A DNA stretch of 64,000 nt from Candidatus Woesearchaeota archaeon (GTDB lineage Archaea; Nanobdellota; Nanobdellia; Woesearchaeales; ARS49), in contig JASMHM010000004.1 of assembly GCA_030750765.1 (NCBI GenBank), forward strand, positions 3,013 through 67,012, written 5' to 3'. Of this stretch, positions 29,462 to 39,416 are shown one piece after another. Below the pieces are notes generated by a model. It was not told where the DNA came from. It saw only the letters and a program-made list of their open reading frames with translations, and did no database searches. Each line of letters opens with the position of its first letter. Position 1 is the stretch's first letter. A program made the translations under genes and the position numbers.

Positions 29462-31252
29462 ATGAAAGTCGTTCCCGACACTAGCGCATTGATCGAATGC
29501 TACCTCAGTAGGGAGGCGGTCAAGCTAAAGGTGAAAGAGATACTCATACCTGAAGCAGCCCTAGCAGAATTAGAACACCAGGCCAACAATGGAAGAAGTA
29601 CGGGATATGTTGGTGTTGAGGAAGTAAAAAGAATTTATGATATTGCACAGAAAAAAGGCATAGCAATCAAGTATGGCGGAAGAAGACCATCTTCCTTTGA
29701 CATCGACCGAGCAAAAAGTGGGGAAATCGACGCAGCAATACGACAATTAGCGTATGATGAAGACGCAACCCTAGTGACTGGAGATGTAGTACAAGCAAAA
29801 GTGGCAGAAGCCAAAGGCATCAGCGTCATCTTTGTCACCAAAGAAGACAGGTCCAAGAAGTTGTTGTTAGATGAGTACTTCGACAAGGACACCCTGAGCG
29901 TTCACCTACGAGAAATGGTACCGCCAAAAGCTAAGAAAGGAACGCCAGGCAACGTAGACATGGTAGACATCAAGAAAAAACCTTTAACTCATACAGAAGT
30001 CAAAGACGTAGCAAAAGAGCTCATCGAAGAAGCGAGAACCCGACACGGTGCTTTCGTAGAAATAGAAAGGCCAGGCAGCACCATCATAAGTTTAGCAGGT
30101 TATAGAATTGTAGTGTTGAAGCCTCCCTTCTGCGACGGATGGGAAGTCACCGCCGTAAGACCCGTACGCCACCTCTCCTTTGAAGACTACAAACTATCAG
30201 ACAAATTACGAGGAAGAATAGCAGAACAAGCAGAAGGCATCCTTATTGCAGGCGCACCCGGAGAAGGAAAAAGTACCTTTGCCCAAGGGCTAGTAGAAGA
30301 GTACGCCAAACAAAACAAAGTGGTGAAAACAGTAGAAGCGCCAAGAGATTTAGTTTTACCAGACACAATCACACAGATGGCAGCTTCTTTGGGAAGCCCA
30401 GAAGAGTTACACGACATACTACTCCTATCCAGACCAGACTACTCGCTCTTTGACGAGATGAGGAATCCTGCAGACTTCGGATTGTATGCAGACTTACGTC
30501 TAGCAGGAGTAGGAATGATAGGGGTGGTGCACGGCACCAATCCCTTAGATGCCATCCAACGGTTTATCGGAAAGATAGAATTAGGAGTGATACCGCACAT
30601 CATTGACACTGTCGTGTTCATCAAAGGCGGGCAAGTGGCAAAAGCACTCAGCGTCAGCATGCAAGTCAAAGTTCCTTCAGGCATGACAGAAGCAGATCTA
30701 GCACGACCTGTAGTTGTTATAGAAGATCATGAAACAGGGGCGGCGCAAGCAGAAATCTACAAATACGGTGAAGAAACAGTAGTGGTGCCGGTAAGCGCAG
30801 CAGCACAAGGCTCACCCATGGAAGAACTAGCAGCCAACCAAATCCAACAACAACTCCAAAAATATCACGACAACATACGTGTGGAAGTAAGCAATAACAG
30901 AGCAACCGTCTACGCACCATCAGGAATAGTGGGAGACATCATTGGCAGAGAAGGGAAAAACGTACAAAAACTGGAGAAACAAATAGGGATGCGGTTGGAC
31001 ATACGCGAAACCGAACCCACACACGGAGACGCATTATCATACCGACACACTATCGGGCATAAAAACATAGAATTCTTCCTCCAAGGACACCAAGGAAGAA
31101 GAGTAAACATACAAGTAGATGGAGAGTTCGTCGCAGCAGTCGCCATCTCCAGCAAAGGCATCGTACGCATCAAGAAAAACAATGTTTTGGGCAGAACCAT
31201 CATGGACGCACTCAAACACCACGTGGAGATAAGCTTTAACGAAAATGATTAG
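29462..31252 (+). CDS. PINA-type PIN-domain ATPase with KH domain
   Basis: VPDTS PIN domain, GAPGEGKS, RPDYSLFDEMR, IIGREG KH motif. Confidence 0.92.
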   Translation: MKVVPDTSALIECYLSREAVKLKVKEILIPEAALAELEHQANNGRSTGYVGVEEVKRIYDIAQKKGIAIKYGGRRPSSFDIDRAKSGEIDAAIRQLAYDEDATLVTGDVVQAKVAEAKGISVIFVTKEDRSKKLLLDEYFDKDTLSVHLREMVPPKAKKGTPGNVDMVDIKKKPLTHTEVKDVAKELIEEARTRHGAFVEIERPGSTIISLAGYRIVVLKPPFCDGWEVTAVRPVRHLSFEDYKLSDKLRGRIAEQAEGILIAGAPGEGKSTFAQGLVEEYAKQNKVVKTVEAPRDLVLPDTITQMAASLGSPEELHDILLLSRPDYSLFDEMRNPADFGLYADLRLAGVGMIGVVHGTNPLDAIQRFIGKIELGVIPHIIDTVVFIKGGQVAKALSVSMQVKVPSGMTEADLARPVVVIEDHETGAAQAEIYKYGEETVVVPVSAAAQGSPMEELAANQIQQQLQKYHDNIRVEVSNNRATVYAPSGIVGDIIGREGKNVQKLEKQIGMRLDIRETEPTHGDALSYRHTIGHKNIEFFLQGHQGRRVNIQVDGEFVAAVAISSKGIVRIKKNNVLGRTIMDALKHHVEISFNEND

Positions 31253-32504
31253 CATGCAAGACTTGAGAGAGAACCCTGCAGCCTACAAAGCAGACTGCGA
31301 AAAACGCCACAAGCCACAACTAGCCGCATTAGTAGATGAAGTTCTAAAGTTAGATGAAAACTGGAAGGAACACAAGAAAAAAACCGATGACTTACGAGCA
31401 GAACGAAACAAAATAAGCAAAGACATCAACACACAAAAGAAAGCAGGAGGAGATGTTGAGGCGTTGTTACAAAAAGCCAAAGACATACCTGCCCAAATAC
31501 AACAGATAGAACAAGTACAGAACGATTTACACGAAAAAATCAACGTCATACTAAGGAAACTACCCAACCTCATGCACGAAAGCGTGCCAGAAGGAAAAAC
31601 AGAAGCAGACAATCCTGAAATAAGAAAGTGGGGCAAGCCCAAAAAAGGAAAAGGAGAGAACCACGGCGAGTGGGCAGAGGCACACGGCCTGGCAGACTTC
31701 GACACGGCCGCAAAAGTTTCTGGCGCAGGCTTCAACTACCTCAAAGAAGAACTCGCACTACTAGACATAAGCCTACAACGGTACGCCATAGACTTCATGC
31801 GCAAACAAGACTTCAAATTAATGGAAGTACCCATGATGTTAAGACAAGATGCCTATGCCGCCACCACCCCTATGGAAGACTTTGAAGACGTCATGTACTC
31901 TGTAGGCAAAGAGCACTATCTCATTGCTACCGCAGAGCATCCCTTAATGGCACAATTCTGGAATAAGACCGTAAGCGGCAATGAGTTACCACTAAAAATT
32001 GTGGGCGTGAGCCCCGCATGGCGAAAAGAGATAGGTAGTAGGGGTGTAGACACTAAAGGTCTGTTCAGAATGCACCAGTTCAACAAAGTAGAACAAATAG
32101 TCGTGTGCAAACCCGACGAAAGCTATGACTGGTTTGAAAAAATGCAAGGCTACACCGAAGAGATGGTCAAAGAATTAGGCATACCCTATCGCGTTATCGA
32201 AATCTGCAGCGGAGATCTAAGCATCAAGAACGCAAAACAGTACGACATCGAAGCATGGTTCCCCCGCCAGGACAAGTATGCAGAGATAACCTCTGCAAGT
32301 AATTGTACGACCTGGCAAGCACAACGACTAAACTTCAAAGCAAGCATGAACAACCAAAAAATAACTCCCCACACATTGAACAATACGGCATTAGCCACCT
32401 CAAGAATCATGGTCGCCATCCTAGAAAACTTCCAAAACAAAGACGGCAAGGTCGACATCCCCAAATGCCTCCACAAGTACACTGGTTTTAAGCAGATGGG
32501 GTAA
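31245..32504 (+). CDS. serS: seryl-tRNA synthetase
   Basis: LIATAE, GLFRMHQFNKVEQ, YDIEAW, SASNC, HTLNNT. Confidence 0.97.
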   Translation: MISMQDLRENPAAYKADCEKRHKPQLAALVDEVLKLDENWKEHKKKTDDLRAERNKISKDINTQKKAGGDVEALLQKAKDIPAQIQQIEQVQNDLHEKINVILRKLPNLMHESVPEGKTEADNPEIRKWGKPKKGKGENHGEWAEAHGLADFDTAAKVSGAGFNYLKEELALLDISLQRYAIDFMRKQDFKLMEVPMMLRQDAYAATTPMEDFEDVMYSVGKEHYLIATAEHPLMAQFWNKTVSGNELPLKIVGVSPAWRKEIGSRGVDTKGLFRMHQFNKVEQIVVCKPDESYDWFEKMQGYTEEMVKELGIPYRVIEICSGDLSIKNAKQYDIEAWFPRQDKYAEITSASNCTTWQAQRLNFKASMNNQKITPHTLNNTALATSRIMVAILENFQNKDGKVDIPKCLHKYTGFKQMG

Positions 32505-32535
32505 TGTTTTTAAGTCGGGCAATCCTACCGATCTC

Positions 32536-33561
32536 ATGCCTGATGCCACGGCTACCTTACTAAAGGCCGACCCAACTTTGGACATTTCTCACCTAACAGA
32601 CTCAGAACAAGAACAGGCAATTCTCGCAGCTGCGAACGATTTAGCTGGGAATCACTCTGATGAGGCAAAACTAGCAGCCATAAGTCTCTACGGAAGAGCC
32701 GGTGCAACAGACACGCTGGCAGAATTTGGAACATCACTATTTCAAGAAGGGTCTGTGGACATTGGAATGCAAGCGTTCAGGCGTGCCGACCAGGTCGTGC
32801 CTGTTGACTGTTACGCGGCCGCAGCAAAGCTCAACGAAGAAACATTCCGAACAGTCCTGAATAGAAATCAATACATTCCCGCGGACAACTTCCGAAACGC
32901 GTTGTCGCTCTACGAGTCTGCCCGTGACCTCGAGGCTATCAAACAGATGGTACTCGTTGCCGCTAGAGCCACTCCCCGGGACTCAAAATTCTTTTCGTTC
33001 GACCTATTCGAGGTCCTCAGAGAAATAGAATCTCCTGATGTGTATCTGATGGCAGGCGATGCACTGGCCGAGGATAACGATGTCGAAGGATCTGAATCCC
33101 TATACATGGAGGCCTTTATTCGAGATCAACCTGAAGCGCGATCGCGACTAGCAGATCTTGCCACCACACACTGGAGAAACGACCGACCCTTCCGAGCGCT
33201 CTACTTACATGATCGGTTGAATAACCGGCCCTCAGACGCCTTCATTCGCACTCAGGCAGACGGATACTTTGAAAAAGGGCTGTTAGATCAAGGAGTGGGG
33301 GTGTATGATGCTCTTAATGAGCCTGTACCTGATGAGAATTACGCTAAGGCTGCCAAGGCACTTGTTGAGAAATGGGGGTCCCATCCTTCCAGGCGCTATC
33401 GCCTGCCAGGCCTACTCGTGACCGCTGCCCGTTGCTACGACATTGCAGGGGATGAAACCATGGCAAAGCTCACCAGGGTTGTCCTGCGTTCCAACAGACC
33501 AGGAAGACTACAGCGAATGGCTGATGGCGTGAGAGCACTCAATGCCAAGCGTAAATACTAG
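32536..33561 (+). CDS. hypothetical alpha-helical repeat protein
   Basis: 341-aa Ala-rich ORF with TPR-like helices. Confidence 0.65.
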   Translation: MPDATATLLKADPTLDISHLTDSEQEQAILAAANDLAGNHSDEAKLAAISLYGRAGATDTLAEFGTSLFQEGSVDIGMQAFRRADQVVPVDCYAAAAKLNEETFRTVLNRNQYIPADNFRNALSLYESARDLEAIKQMVLVAARATPRDSKFFSFDLFEVLREIESPDVYLMAGDALAEDNDVEGSESLYMEAFIRDQPEARSRLADLATTHWRNDRPFRALYLHDRLNNRPSDAFIRTQADGYFEKGLLDQGVGVYDALNEPVPDENYAKAAKALVEKWGSHPSRRYRLPGLLVTAARCYDIAGDETMAKLTRVVLRSNRPGRLQRMADGVRALNAKRKY

Positions 33562-33822
33562 CTACCACTTCTCTTGTTGCAACATCGCACCGATAATGGC
33601 ATAGCCTGCCAGATCTTTCCAACTGTCCTCGACGCTTTCGTCAACGCTTGCCTCTACCTTGTCAAAAAGCAACGTACGCAGGCGTTCTACCTTGTCGCTT
33701 GATCGAATGACGACGCCCATGCTGCCAAACTTGCGAATGTTGGCCTCTCCATATCGCTTATTCTTCTCTATCAACAACTCCCGAATGGATGAGAGTGTTT
33801 CGTCTAAGATGGCAATGTCCAT
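33562..33822 (-). CDS. DUF1599 (nucleotide-modification-associated) domain protein
   Basis: KNKRYG...RSSDKVERL...ESVEDSWKDLAGYAII. Confidence 0.75.
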   Translation of the reverse strand: MDIAILDETLSSIRELLIEKNKRYGEANIRKFGSMGVVIRSSDKVERLRTLLFDKVEASVDESVEDSWKDLAGYAIIGAMLQQEKW

Positions 33823-33904
33823 AATCTTACCATGTTATACTTCCTTATAACCATATCGATGCGCCACAATAACCTTTTAATACGCAGACCCCCTAGCAAA
33901 GCCC

Positions 33905-34969
33905 ATGCTCTTCGATGACATGCTCAAAGCGGACGAAAGCTTGTTCAAAAACGAACACGCCCTAGACCCTGAATGGGTTCCCAAACTTCTTCCCTTCAGA
34001 GACCACCATCAAAGAGCCATAGCAGACTGCATCAAGCCAGTTCTCCTCGGAAGGAACGGAAGGAACGCCTTTGTTTCTGGAGCTCCAGGCATTGGCAAGA
34101 CCGCAGCAGCCAGATGGGTGCTAAGAGACCTAGAAGAGTCTGACCACGGAGAAAAAGTAGAACTATTCTACCTAAACTGCTGGCAAAAGAATACTACGTT
34201 TAAAGTATACGTAGAAATGTGCGCACAGTTCGGCTACGCATTCACCCAGAACAAAAAATCAGAAGAATTGTTCGACATCATCAAAGAAAAATGCAACAAA
34301 CGCGGTGCAGTATTCATCTTCGACGAGGTAGACAAGGCAGAAGACACAGACTTCATCTACTCCTTACTTAATGACATCTTCAACAAGAGTTTAGTCCTCA
34401 TAACAAACGAGCCAGACTGGATCAACACCATGGAAGACCGAGTCAAAAGTAGGTTGTTGCCAGAAACCATCTCCTTCAAGGCCTACACTCCTGAAGAAAC
34501 CAAACAAATACTCAAACAAAGACTAGAATTTGCCTTTGTGCCAGACGCTGTAACGCCCGAAAGCTTTGACATCTGCTGCACAGCAGCAGGAAAAGTCTCA
34601 GACGTCCGAGTAGGCCTACACTTACTACGCCAATCCGGATTGATAGCAGAAGATGAAAGCTCCAAGAAAGTCCTCCCCACCCATGTAGAGAAGGCCATAC
34701 TCAAACTGCCTGCCTTTAGCCCCAAAAAACCAGAAGCCCTAGAAGAGGATCAAAAACTAGTTCTCGAAGTGATCAAAGCAAAAGAACACGGCAAGATCGG
34801 AGATCTTTTTGATGCCTACAAAGCCAAAGGAGGCGAGGGACAGTACAAAACCTTCCAAAGAAGAATAGACTCTTTATCAAGGTCAGGCTACATTTCTGTA
34901 GAAAAAGTCACCAACCGTGAAGGCAACACCACTATGATCCGTGCAACCAAGAAGTTGACGGATTACTGA
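33905..34969 (+). CDS. cdc6: Cdc6/Orc1 AAA+ initiator-family protein
   Basis: P..LPFR, GAPGIGKT, YLNCW, FDEVD, RVKSRL, DVRVGL, C-terminal wHTH. Confidence 0.9.
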   Translation: MLFDDMLKADESLFKNEHALDPEWVPKLLPFRDHHQRAIADCIKPVLLGRNGRNAFVSGAPGIGKTAAARWVLRDLEESDHGEKVELFYLNCWQKNTTFKVYVEMCAQFGYAFTQNKKSEELFDIIKEKCNKRGAVFIFDEVDKAEDTDFIYSLLNDIFNKSLVLITNEPDWINTMEDRVKSRLLPETISFKAYTPEETKQILKQRLEFAFVPDAVTPESFDICCTAAGKVSDVRVGLHLLRQSGLIAEDESSKKVLPTHVEKAILKLPAFSPKKPEALEEDQKLVLEVIKAKEHGKIGDLFDAYKAKGGEGQYKTFQRRIDSLSRSGYISVEKVTNREGNTTMIRATKKLTDY

Positions 34970-35009
34970 TTTCTCGACGAGAAAACGTCGTACGTACTTT
35001 CTAATATAA

Positions 35010-35048
35010 GCCACTGGACACTGGACATGGCCGCGTGACGCATATAAG
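35010..35048 (+). promoter_or_regulatory. ORB-like element fused to BRE/TATA (copy 1)
   Basis: GCCACTGGACACTGGACATGGCCGCGTGACGCATATAAG; 33 of the first 36 nt match the reverse complement of 57853-57888. Confidence 0.65.
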
Positions 35049-35084
35049 GATGATAGTTCTCATGGTGTATGAGGTGATTAAAAA

Positions 35085-35183
35085 ATGAGTTTCGTACAAC
35101 CGAACCACGACATTGAACCAGCATCATTTGAGGCACGATTTATGGCCCAAATGTTGCGAGTAACCAGGGAGGTGCAAGAATGA
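35085..35183 (+). CDS. 32-aa microprotein
   Basis: GAGGTGA SD upstream; stop overlaps the next ATG (ATGA). Confidence 0.5.
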   Translation: MSFVQPNHDIEPASFEARFMAQMLRVTREVQE

Positions 35184-35296
35184 ACGACATCTATGACAGA
35201 TACGACATGGCCATGGAAGACGACGAGGACTCGCCTGAGAACGCTGCTGAACAAGCGTTTATGGTGGGTTGGCTCGCTGCAGACCCCTTTGATTAA
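35180..35296 (+). CDS. 38-aa acidic microprotein (EQAFMVGW)
   Basis: GGAGGTG SD upstream; TAATG coupling to the next gene. Confidence 0.6.
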   Translation: MNDIYDRYDMAMEDDEDSPENAAEQAFMVGWLAADPFD

Positions 35297-35700
35297 TGTT
35301 TGTTTTTGAATTGGAGGAGCTGGAGCAGCTTTCCGAGACACAGGAGGACCAGTTCTGGTGGTATGAACTGGACTCCCCTGTGGAGCTCGAAACAAGGCAC
35401 ATTCGCATCCAGACCCCTCCTAACATTTTAGTCTTCAAAGGTCCTTACAAACGCTCCTCAGTCCAACAACTGGTCTTCTCCGGCGGTAATGAGCGACAAC
35501 GCAACCAGTTTGTCTGCTCAATTATCCAGCGAGAACACGTTGAAAATGGTATGGTGGTTCTTGAAAAGGTTCCCTTTCTCTCTCTAGAAGACACGCTCAA
35601 GGTCTACAGAAGAATTGTTGGCAAGTCTTATGAAACGGTGAGAACGTCTGATCTAGATGTTATCGATGATGGCTATCCCTGGCCAGATACACGGTCGTAG
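35296..35700 (+). CDS. hypothetical protein
   Basis: Translationally coupled 134-aa ORF. Confidence 0.6.
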   Translation: MFVFELEELEQLSETQEDQFWWYELDSPVELETRHIRIQTPPNILVFKGPYKRSSVQQLVFSGGNERQRNQFVCSIIQREHVENGMVVLEKVPFLSLEDTLKVYRRIVGKSYETVRTSDLDVIDDGYPWPDTRS

Positions 35701-35764
35701 AAAGGTTTAAATATCTATTACGTAAAAAGATATCTGAAGGTGGAAAAAAATATTCGACGAGGAG

Positions 35765-36001
35765 TTGTATTGGAACGGCAAGATGCTTGTATTTACTTGG
35801 CACTTCAAGAAAGAATACGAGGCACTAGGCAAACCCTTAGAGTTTGTGTTAGAAATACTACAACATGGCAAACATCACCTTGTGTCCAAGAGACAGAACA
35901 AGTACAACGTGCTCTTTTCTTACCAAACTCGACATCTTTGTCTATCCTACGTGGAGCACGAGCAAATCATCCTTATCCACCTAAAACCAATTAGAAAATG
36001 A
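35765..36001 (+). CDS. putative toxin (RelE/DUF4258-like small basic protein)
   Basis: GGAG SD; FTWHF...IILIHLKP pattern; overlaps the antitoxin-like gene. Confidence 0.55.
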   Translation: MYWNGKMLVFTWHFKKEYEALGKPLEFVLEILQHGKHHLVSKRQNKYNVLFSYQTRHLCLSYVEHEQIILIHLKPIRK

Positions 36002-36327
36002 AAAAATTCATCCAAACATGCTACAAATGTGAGGCTAAGGTAAAGGCAGCTACGGTCAACAAAGAAGGAGTGCGGCTTCGCTGTCTCCGCTGTCCAAAGT
36101 GTGGAGAGGAGTATTTCACCTCGAGTGAGCTCATTAAGTATGATATTCTAAAGGGCAAGCGCAGCCTGGTGAGGAAATTCGGCCAGCTTGGTGATTCTGT
36201 AATCATGCGCGTTCCGCAAAAAATACTGAAAGATCTTGGTGTGAAGCCTGGAGACTATGGTGTGTTTGAAGAAAGAAAAGATGGCATCTTTATCAAAACG
36301 TATTCTGCAAAGGAAATAAGGATCTAG
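35998..36327 (+). CDS. Zn-ribbon (MqsA/YgiT-like) plus AbrB/MazE domain putative antitoxin
   Basis: CYKC...CPKCGEEYF followed by GDSVIMRVPQKI...GVKPGD. Confidence 0.75.
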   Translation: MKKFIQTCYKCEAKVKAATVNKEGVRLRCLRCPKCGEEYFTSSELIKYDILKGKRSLVRKFGQLGDSVIMRVPQKILKDLGVKPGDYGVFEERKDGIFIKTYSAKEIRI

Positions 36328-37628
36328 ATCTTAAACCCGGGTTTGTAGCGGTAGTTGTAGCCTGTTACTCTGCTACCAAAGTATCTTCCTGGTCCTCTAG
36401 GGTTGTTAGGAACGTCAAGTCTTCTTGTGGGGGTTGAGTCTCTGTTGATTAATCTCTCTCCAACGCTTGCTACGGCATCTTCTCCGTCATACACTCCGCC
36501 ATACGTAGTGTCACATCGAATAAGATAGACTAGGCCTGGCCGTATAGGCGAGGTGGCAAGCACTTTCTCTGGGAATGGCTTGCTTCGTATGTTTCTGTTT
36601 CCAGGAACGTAGGTTAGGAATTCGGTAGAATGACCTCCGCCTCGTGCGATGCTGCATCCTTTGAGTGTTTCATAAGCACGCATACCTTGCTGTCCAGCTC
36701 GTGAAGGCACGGCGGTTAGACTTCTTCCGAGTATCTCAATGCTAAAGCTTCCCGGATCATCTCCTGCGAACGTAAACGTTGATCGCTTTCCACAACGAGC
36801 CACATACACATTACCTGCGGTTAGCGTGTGGGTAATGGGTGCGTGTGTAAGAGTAGAAAGGTCGAGAGTTCTTCTTCGATCGTTTTGGCTTTCACTAGGA
36901 ACGTCGAGCACGTCGCAACCGGTAAGTTGCATGAAGGCAAGCACGCTGACATTGTCTACTACAGGCACGCTGAAGAAGTTATCCCCTTCGATGAACTTCA
37001 TTTCGAAGGTTCCTCTTTTTGTCCCATCAATAAGTTTTATCTCCTTTTCGAGCACGTTGTTGCCGTGGTCGCTTTCGAGGATAGCGCCTCTAGGTCGTAG
37101 GCCTTGTCCTTGGATAGGGTTGATGGTAACTCTGATCTTGAAATCGTGTTGTACTGGTTTCCTGCATATATCTGGTAGGCCGTATTTGAGTCCAGAGATG
37201 AAGCTGGTCATTTTTACTTTCTCACCAGGTGCAATCTTTGTGTAGCGCATGCTTCTTGCTGTTCTTGTGGCGTCAGGATTGCCGAAACCTCCACCAACAC
37301 TCTGGCGTATTCGGCAGCTGCTAAGATCTCTACTGTCAATCTCGAAGTCTATGCGTAGGTTCCCCTTCATCCATCCTCTGCCAACGTTTTGGATTTCTAC
37401 ATCGATGGCTTCTAGTGTTGAGTATCTTGGGAGTTCGTCAGGAACGAATATTTTTGTGACCACCATGTCTGGTAATAGAAGATTAGTGTTTGTGTATACT
37501 TGGTTGCGCTGGTAGGATTCGGGACCTTTGTGGCGCTCGTAGTTTGCCGTCTGGCCTATAGTGCTTCCTGCTAGTGCAAAGAGGATGAGACATACGGCTC
37601 CTAACCGTGTTGCGGTACGCGGGTCCAT
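36324..37628 (-). CDS. secreted CARDB-domain protein
   Basis: Signal peptide, LPDMVV...IQNVG...ESDHGNN CARDB pattern, Cys pairs. Confidence 0.7.
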   Translation of the reverse strand: MDPRTATRLGAVCLILFALAGSTIGQTANYERHKGPESYQRNQVYTNTNLLLPDMVVTKIFVPDELPRYSTLEAIDVEIQNVGRGWMKGNLRIDFEIDSRDLSSCRIRQSVGGGFGNPDATRTARSMRYTKIAPGEKVKMTSFISGLKYGLPDICRKPVQHDFKIRVTINPIQGQGLRPRGAILESDHGNNVLEKEIKLIDGTKRGTFEMKFIEGDNFFSVPVVDNVSVLAFMQLTGCDVLDVPSESQNDRRRTLDLSTLTHAPITHTLTAGNVYVARCGKRSTFTFAGDDPGSFSIEILGRSLTAVPSRAGQQGMRAYETLKGCSIARGGGHSTEFLTYVPGNRNIRSKPFPEKVLATSPIRPGLVYLIRCDTTYGGVYDGEDAVASVGERLINRDSTPTRRLDVPNNPRGPGRYFGSRVTGYNYRYKPGFKI

Positions 37629-37661
37629 GGTGTGTCTTTGTGTAAGTGCTTATTTAAACCT

Positions 37662-37865
37662 TTAGTAGGTTTCTACAGACTTCTCCTTAGGGACTTCCCC
37701 TTGTGAAGCAGTATTAGACTGGGCGAACATGCTAGAAAACGCGTTAGCACTTTCCTCGCTAGGTTCGTTGGAAGCTAGGACATGCCCGCCAAGTGATTGT
37801 AAGAGTTGGACAGCTCTCTGGATATCTTCCTCGCTGTCTTTGGTAGTATCAATTTCTATGCGCAT
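37662..37865 (-). CDS. small hypothetical protein
   Basis: MRIEIDT.KDS.EDI.RAV.LL; TATA upstream. Confidence 0.65.
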   Translation of the reverse strand: MRIEIDTTKDSEEDIQRAVQLLQSLGGHVLASNEPSEESANAFSSMFAQSNTASQGEVPKEKSVETY

Positions 37866-37911
37866 ACGACTAAATGCTTGGTAGTATTATATATCAATTG
37901 AGTACGTACTA

Positions 37912-38115
37912 TCACATGTCGCCCTTTCCTCGGTGCCAGCCAAGGTGTTCTGAGAGTTTAGAGTTGTTACGATAGGTAAGTCCCACGTTGACGACAAGTA
38001 AGGCGGTCATGACTTCCTCAAATCCTAGACTTCCCCCAACTGCTTTGCGCAATACCTCTATGGTTATCCAAATCACAAAGGCCAAAAACAGCCAATACAC
38101 GATCGAATGTTTCAT
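37912..38115 (-). CDS. small membrane protein
   Basis: Two hydrophobic segments, GAGGT SD, ATGA coupling to the upstream microprotein. Confidence 0.6.
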   Translation of the reverse strand: MKHSIVYWLFLAFVIWITIEVLRKAVGGSLGFEEVMTALLVVNVGLTYRNNSKLSEHLGWHRGKGDM

Positions 38116-38195
38116 GTCAGCATCAACCTCATAAACCACAGTATGAGTGCGATCAATAATGCAAGCATCGCCCAGTCTAGAGGTTCCTTTGGCAT
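38112..38195 (-). CDS. 27-aa single-TM microprotein (MPKEPLDWAMLALLIALILWFMRLMLT)
   Basis: Follows a CATATAAA box; stop overlaps the next ATG. Confidence 0.5.
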   Translation of the reverse strand: MPKEPLDWAMLALLIALILWFMRLMLT

Positions 38196-38240
38196 GCTAC
38201 GCTCATCGCAAGAATCTTTTATATGCGTTTCGAATCCCTT

Positions 38241-38255
38241 CCGGAAGATTTCCGG
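38241..38255. promoter_or_regulatory. CCGGA-N5-TCCGG palindrome
   Basis: CCGGAAGATTTCCGG, intergenic, next to a TATA box. Confidence 0.6.
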
Positions 38256-38256
38256 A

Positions 38257-39321
38257 TTATCCGACGGTAGCAAACCCTTCACTCGTCGCTTTCCTCACGT
38301 CAAACGCTTCTGGACCTGCGGCAATCATGCCTTTACTGGTGAATCTTAGTTGGGGCACGGTTACGCCTTCGATGTCTGCAGTCGTAAGCCACTCTTGGAG
38401 GGGTTGGTCTTGCTGCAAGCCTGTGATTATCAGTTTTGCAGCGTCATAAGCTGGCGCTGCACTAGGTCCTGTGGGTGGTTGGCCGTGTTTTTTTGTGAAA
38501 CGCTCAACAAACCCTTTGTGGGCTTCTGTTTCCTTGGGGTACGGGTGGTATACGCCTCCTTGATATGCTAGCTGCCATTCTAGCATGGTTTCGCTCTCTG
38601 TTTGGTGGCCTAAGAAGAGAGGAATATCTAACCCGAGCTCTTGTGCTTGTTTCATGAACGGGAGCAAGGTTTCATCTGACGTAAAGGCAACGTACACAGC
38701 ATCGGCTTGTTCCTTGATCTTTAGCAATATCGTTCTGAAGTCTTGGACTTGGTTGCTGGCAGCAAAGATTTCGAGTTCTTCTGCTGTCTCCTTTTCGAAC
38801 AAATCTTTTTGGAAGGTGGCCCATGTGTTGAGGTTGTACACGACTGCTATGTTGTCATGTCCTTGGCTTGTTACAAAAGAAGATATTTTTTGTACTGCTG
38901 AGATATCGCTATACCACGTCGAGAACAAGTAGGGGTAGTTTACTGTTGCTTCTACTCCTTCGGATATGCTGGGGGAGATCATGACCTTGCCATGTCGTTG
39001 TGCCAAGGGCGCAACAGCTGCGGTGTCTTCATCCCACGTAGGTCCTATGATGGCTGCTACGTTATCTAAGGTGATGAGTTTGGTGGCTGCGGTTACGGCA
39101 ACCGTTTGGGTGGTGTGAGTGTCTTCAGGGATCAACAAGAAATTGCCCCCTTCTGCATTAGCTTCTTCGATGGCTAGTTGTACGCTCTTCAGTTCATCTG
39201 CTCCCCAACTCTCACCTCCTCCAGTAAGCGCAAACAATCCTCCTATCTTTATCGTAGGCTCTGTGGTCATGTGGCCTGTTGCACAAGCCACCAAAAATAA
39301 GAGGAGAAATGCCTGTTTCAT
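38257..39321 (-). CDS. LivK-type (branched-chain amino acid) substrate-binding lipoprotein
   Basis: Lipobox LVAC, IKIGGLFALTG, AIIGP, DFRTILLK, AYDA. Confidence 0.88.
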   Translation of the reverse strand: MKQAFLLLFLVACATGHMTTEPTIKIGGLFALTGGGESWGADELKSVQLAIEEANAEGGNFLLIPEDTHTTQTVAVTAATKLITLDNVAAIIGPTWDEDTAAVAPLAQRHGKVMISPSISEGVEATVNYPYLFSTWYSDISAVQKISSFVTSQGHDNIAVVYNLNTWATFQKDLFEKETAEELEIFAASNQVQDFRTILLKIKEQADAVYVAFTSDETLLPFMKQAQELGLDIPLFLGHQTESETMLEWQLAYQGGVYHPYPKETEAHKGFVERFTKKHGQPPTGPSAAPAYDAAKLIITGLQQDQPLQEWLTTADIEGVTVPQLRFTSKGMIAAGPEAFDVRKATSEGFATVG

Positions 39322-39416
39322 GTACTGTTGAAGCCACAATACACTTTAATAGATTATTAACCCTGTACAGGGTATAGAACAATAACATTTTTATGTGAGC
39401 AGATTCTAAGAGGGGT

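Noticed and set aside
33823-35084. Classical cdc6-adjacent origin
   Set aside because: The flanks are only ~80-115 bp with one ORB-like element, no inverted ORB pair, no G-string and no extended AT-rich tract.
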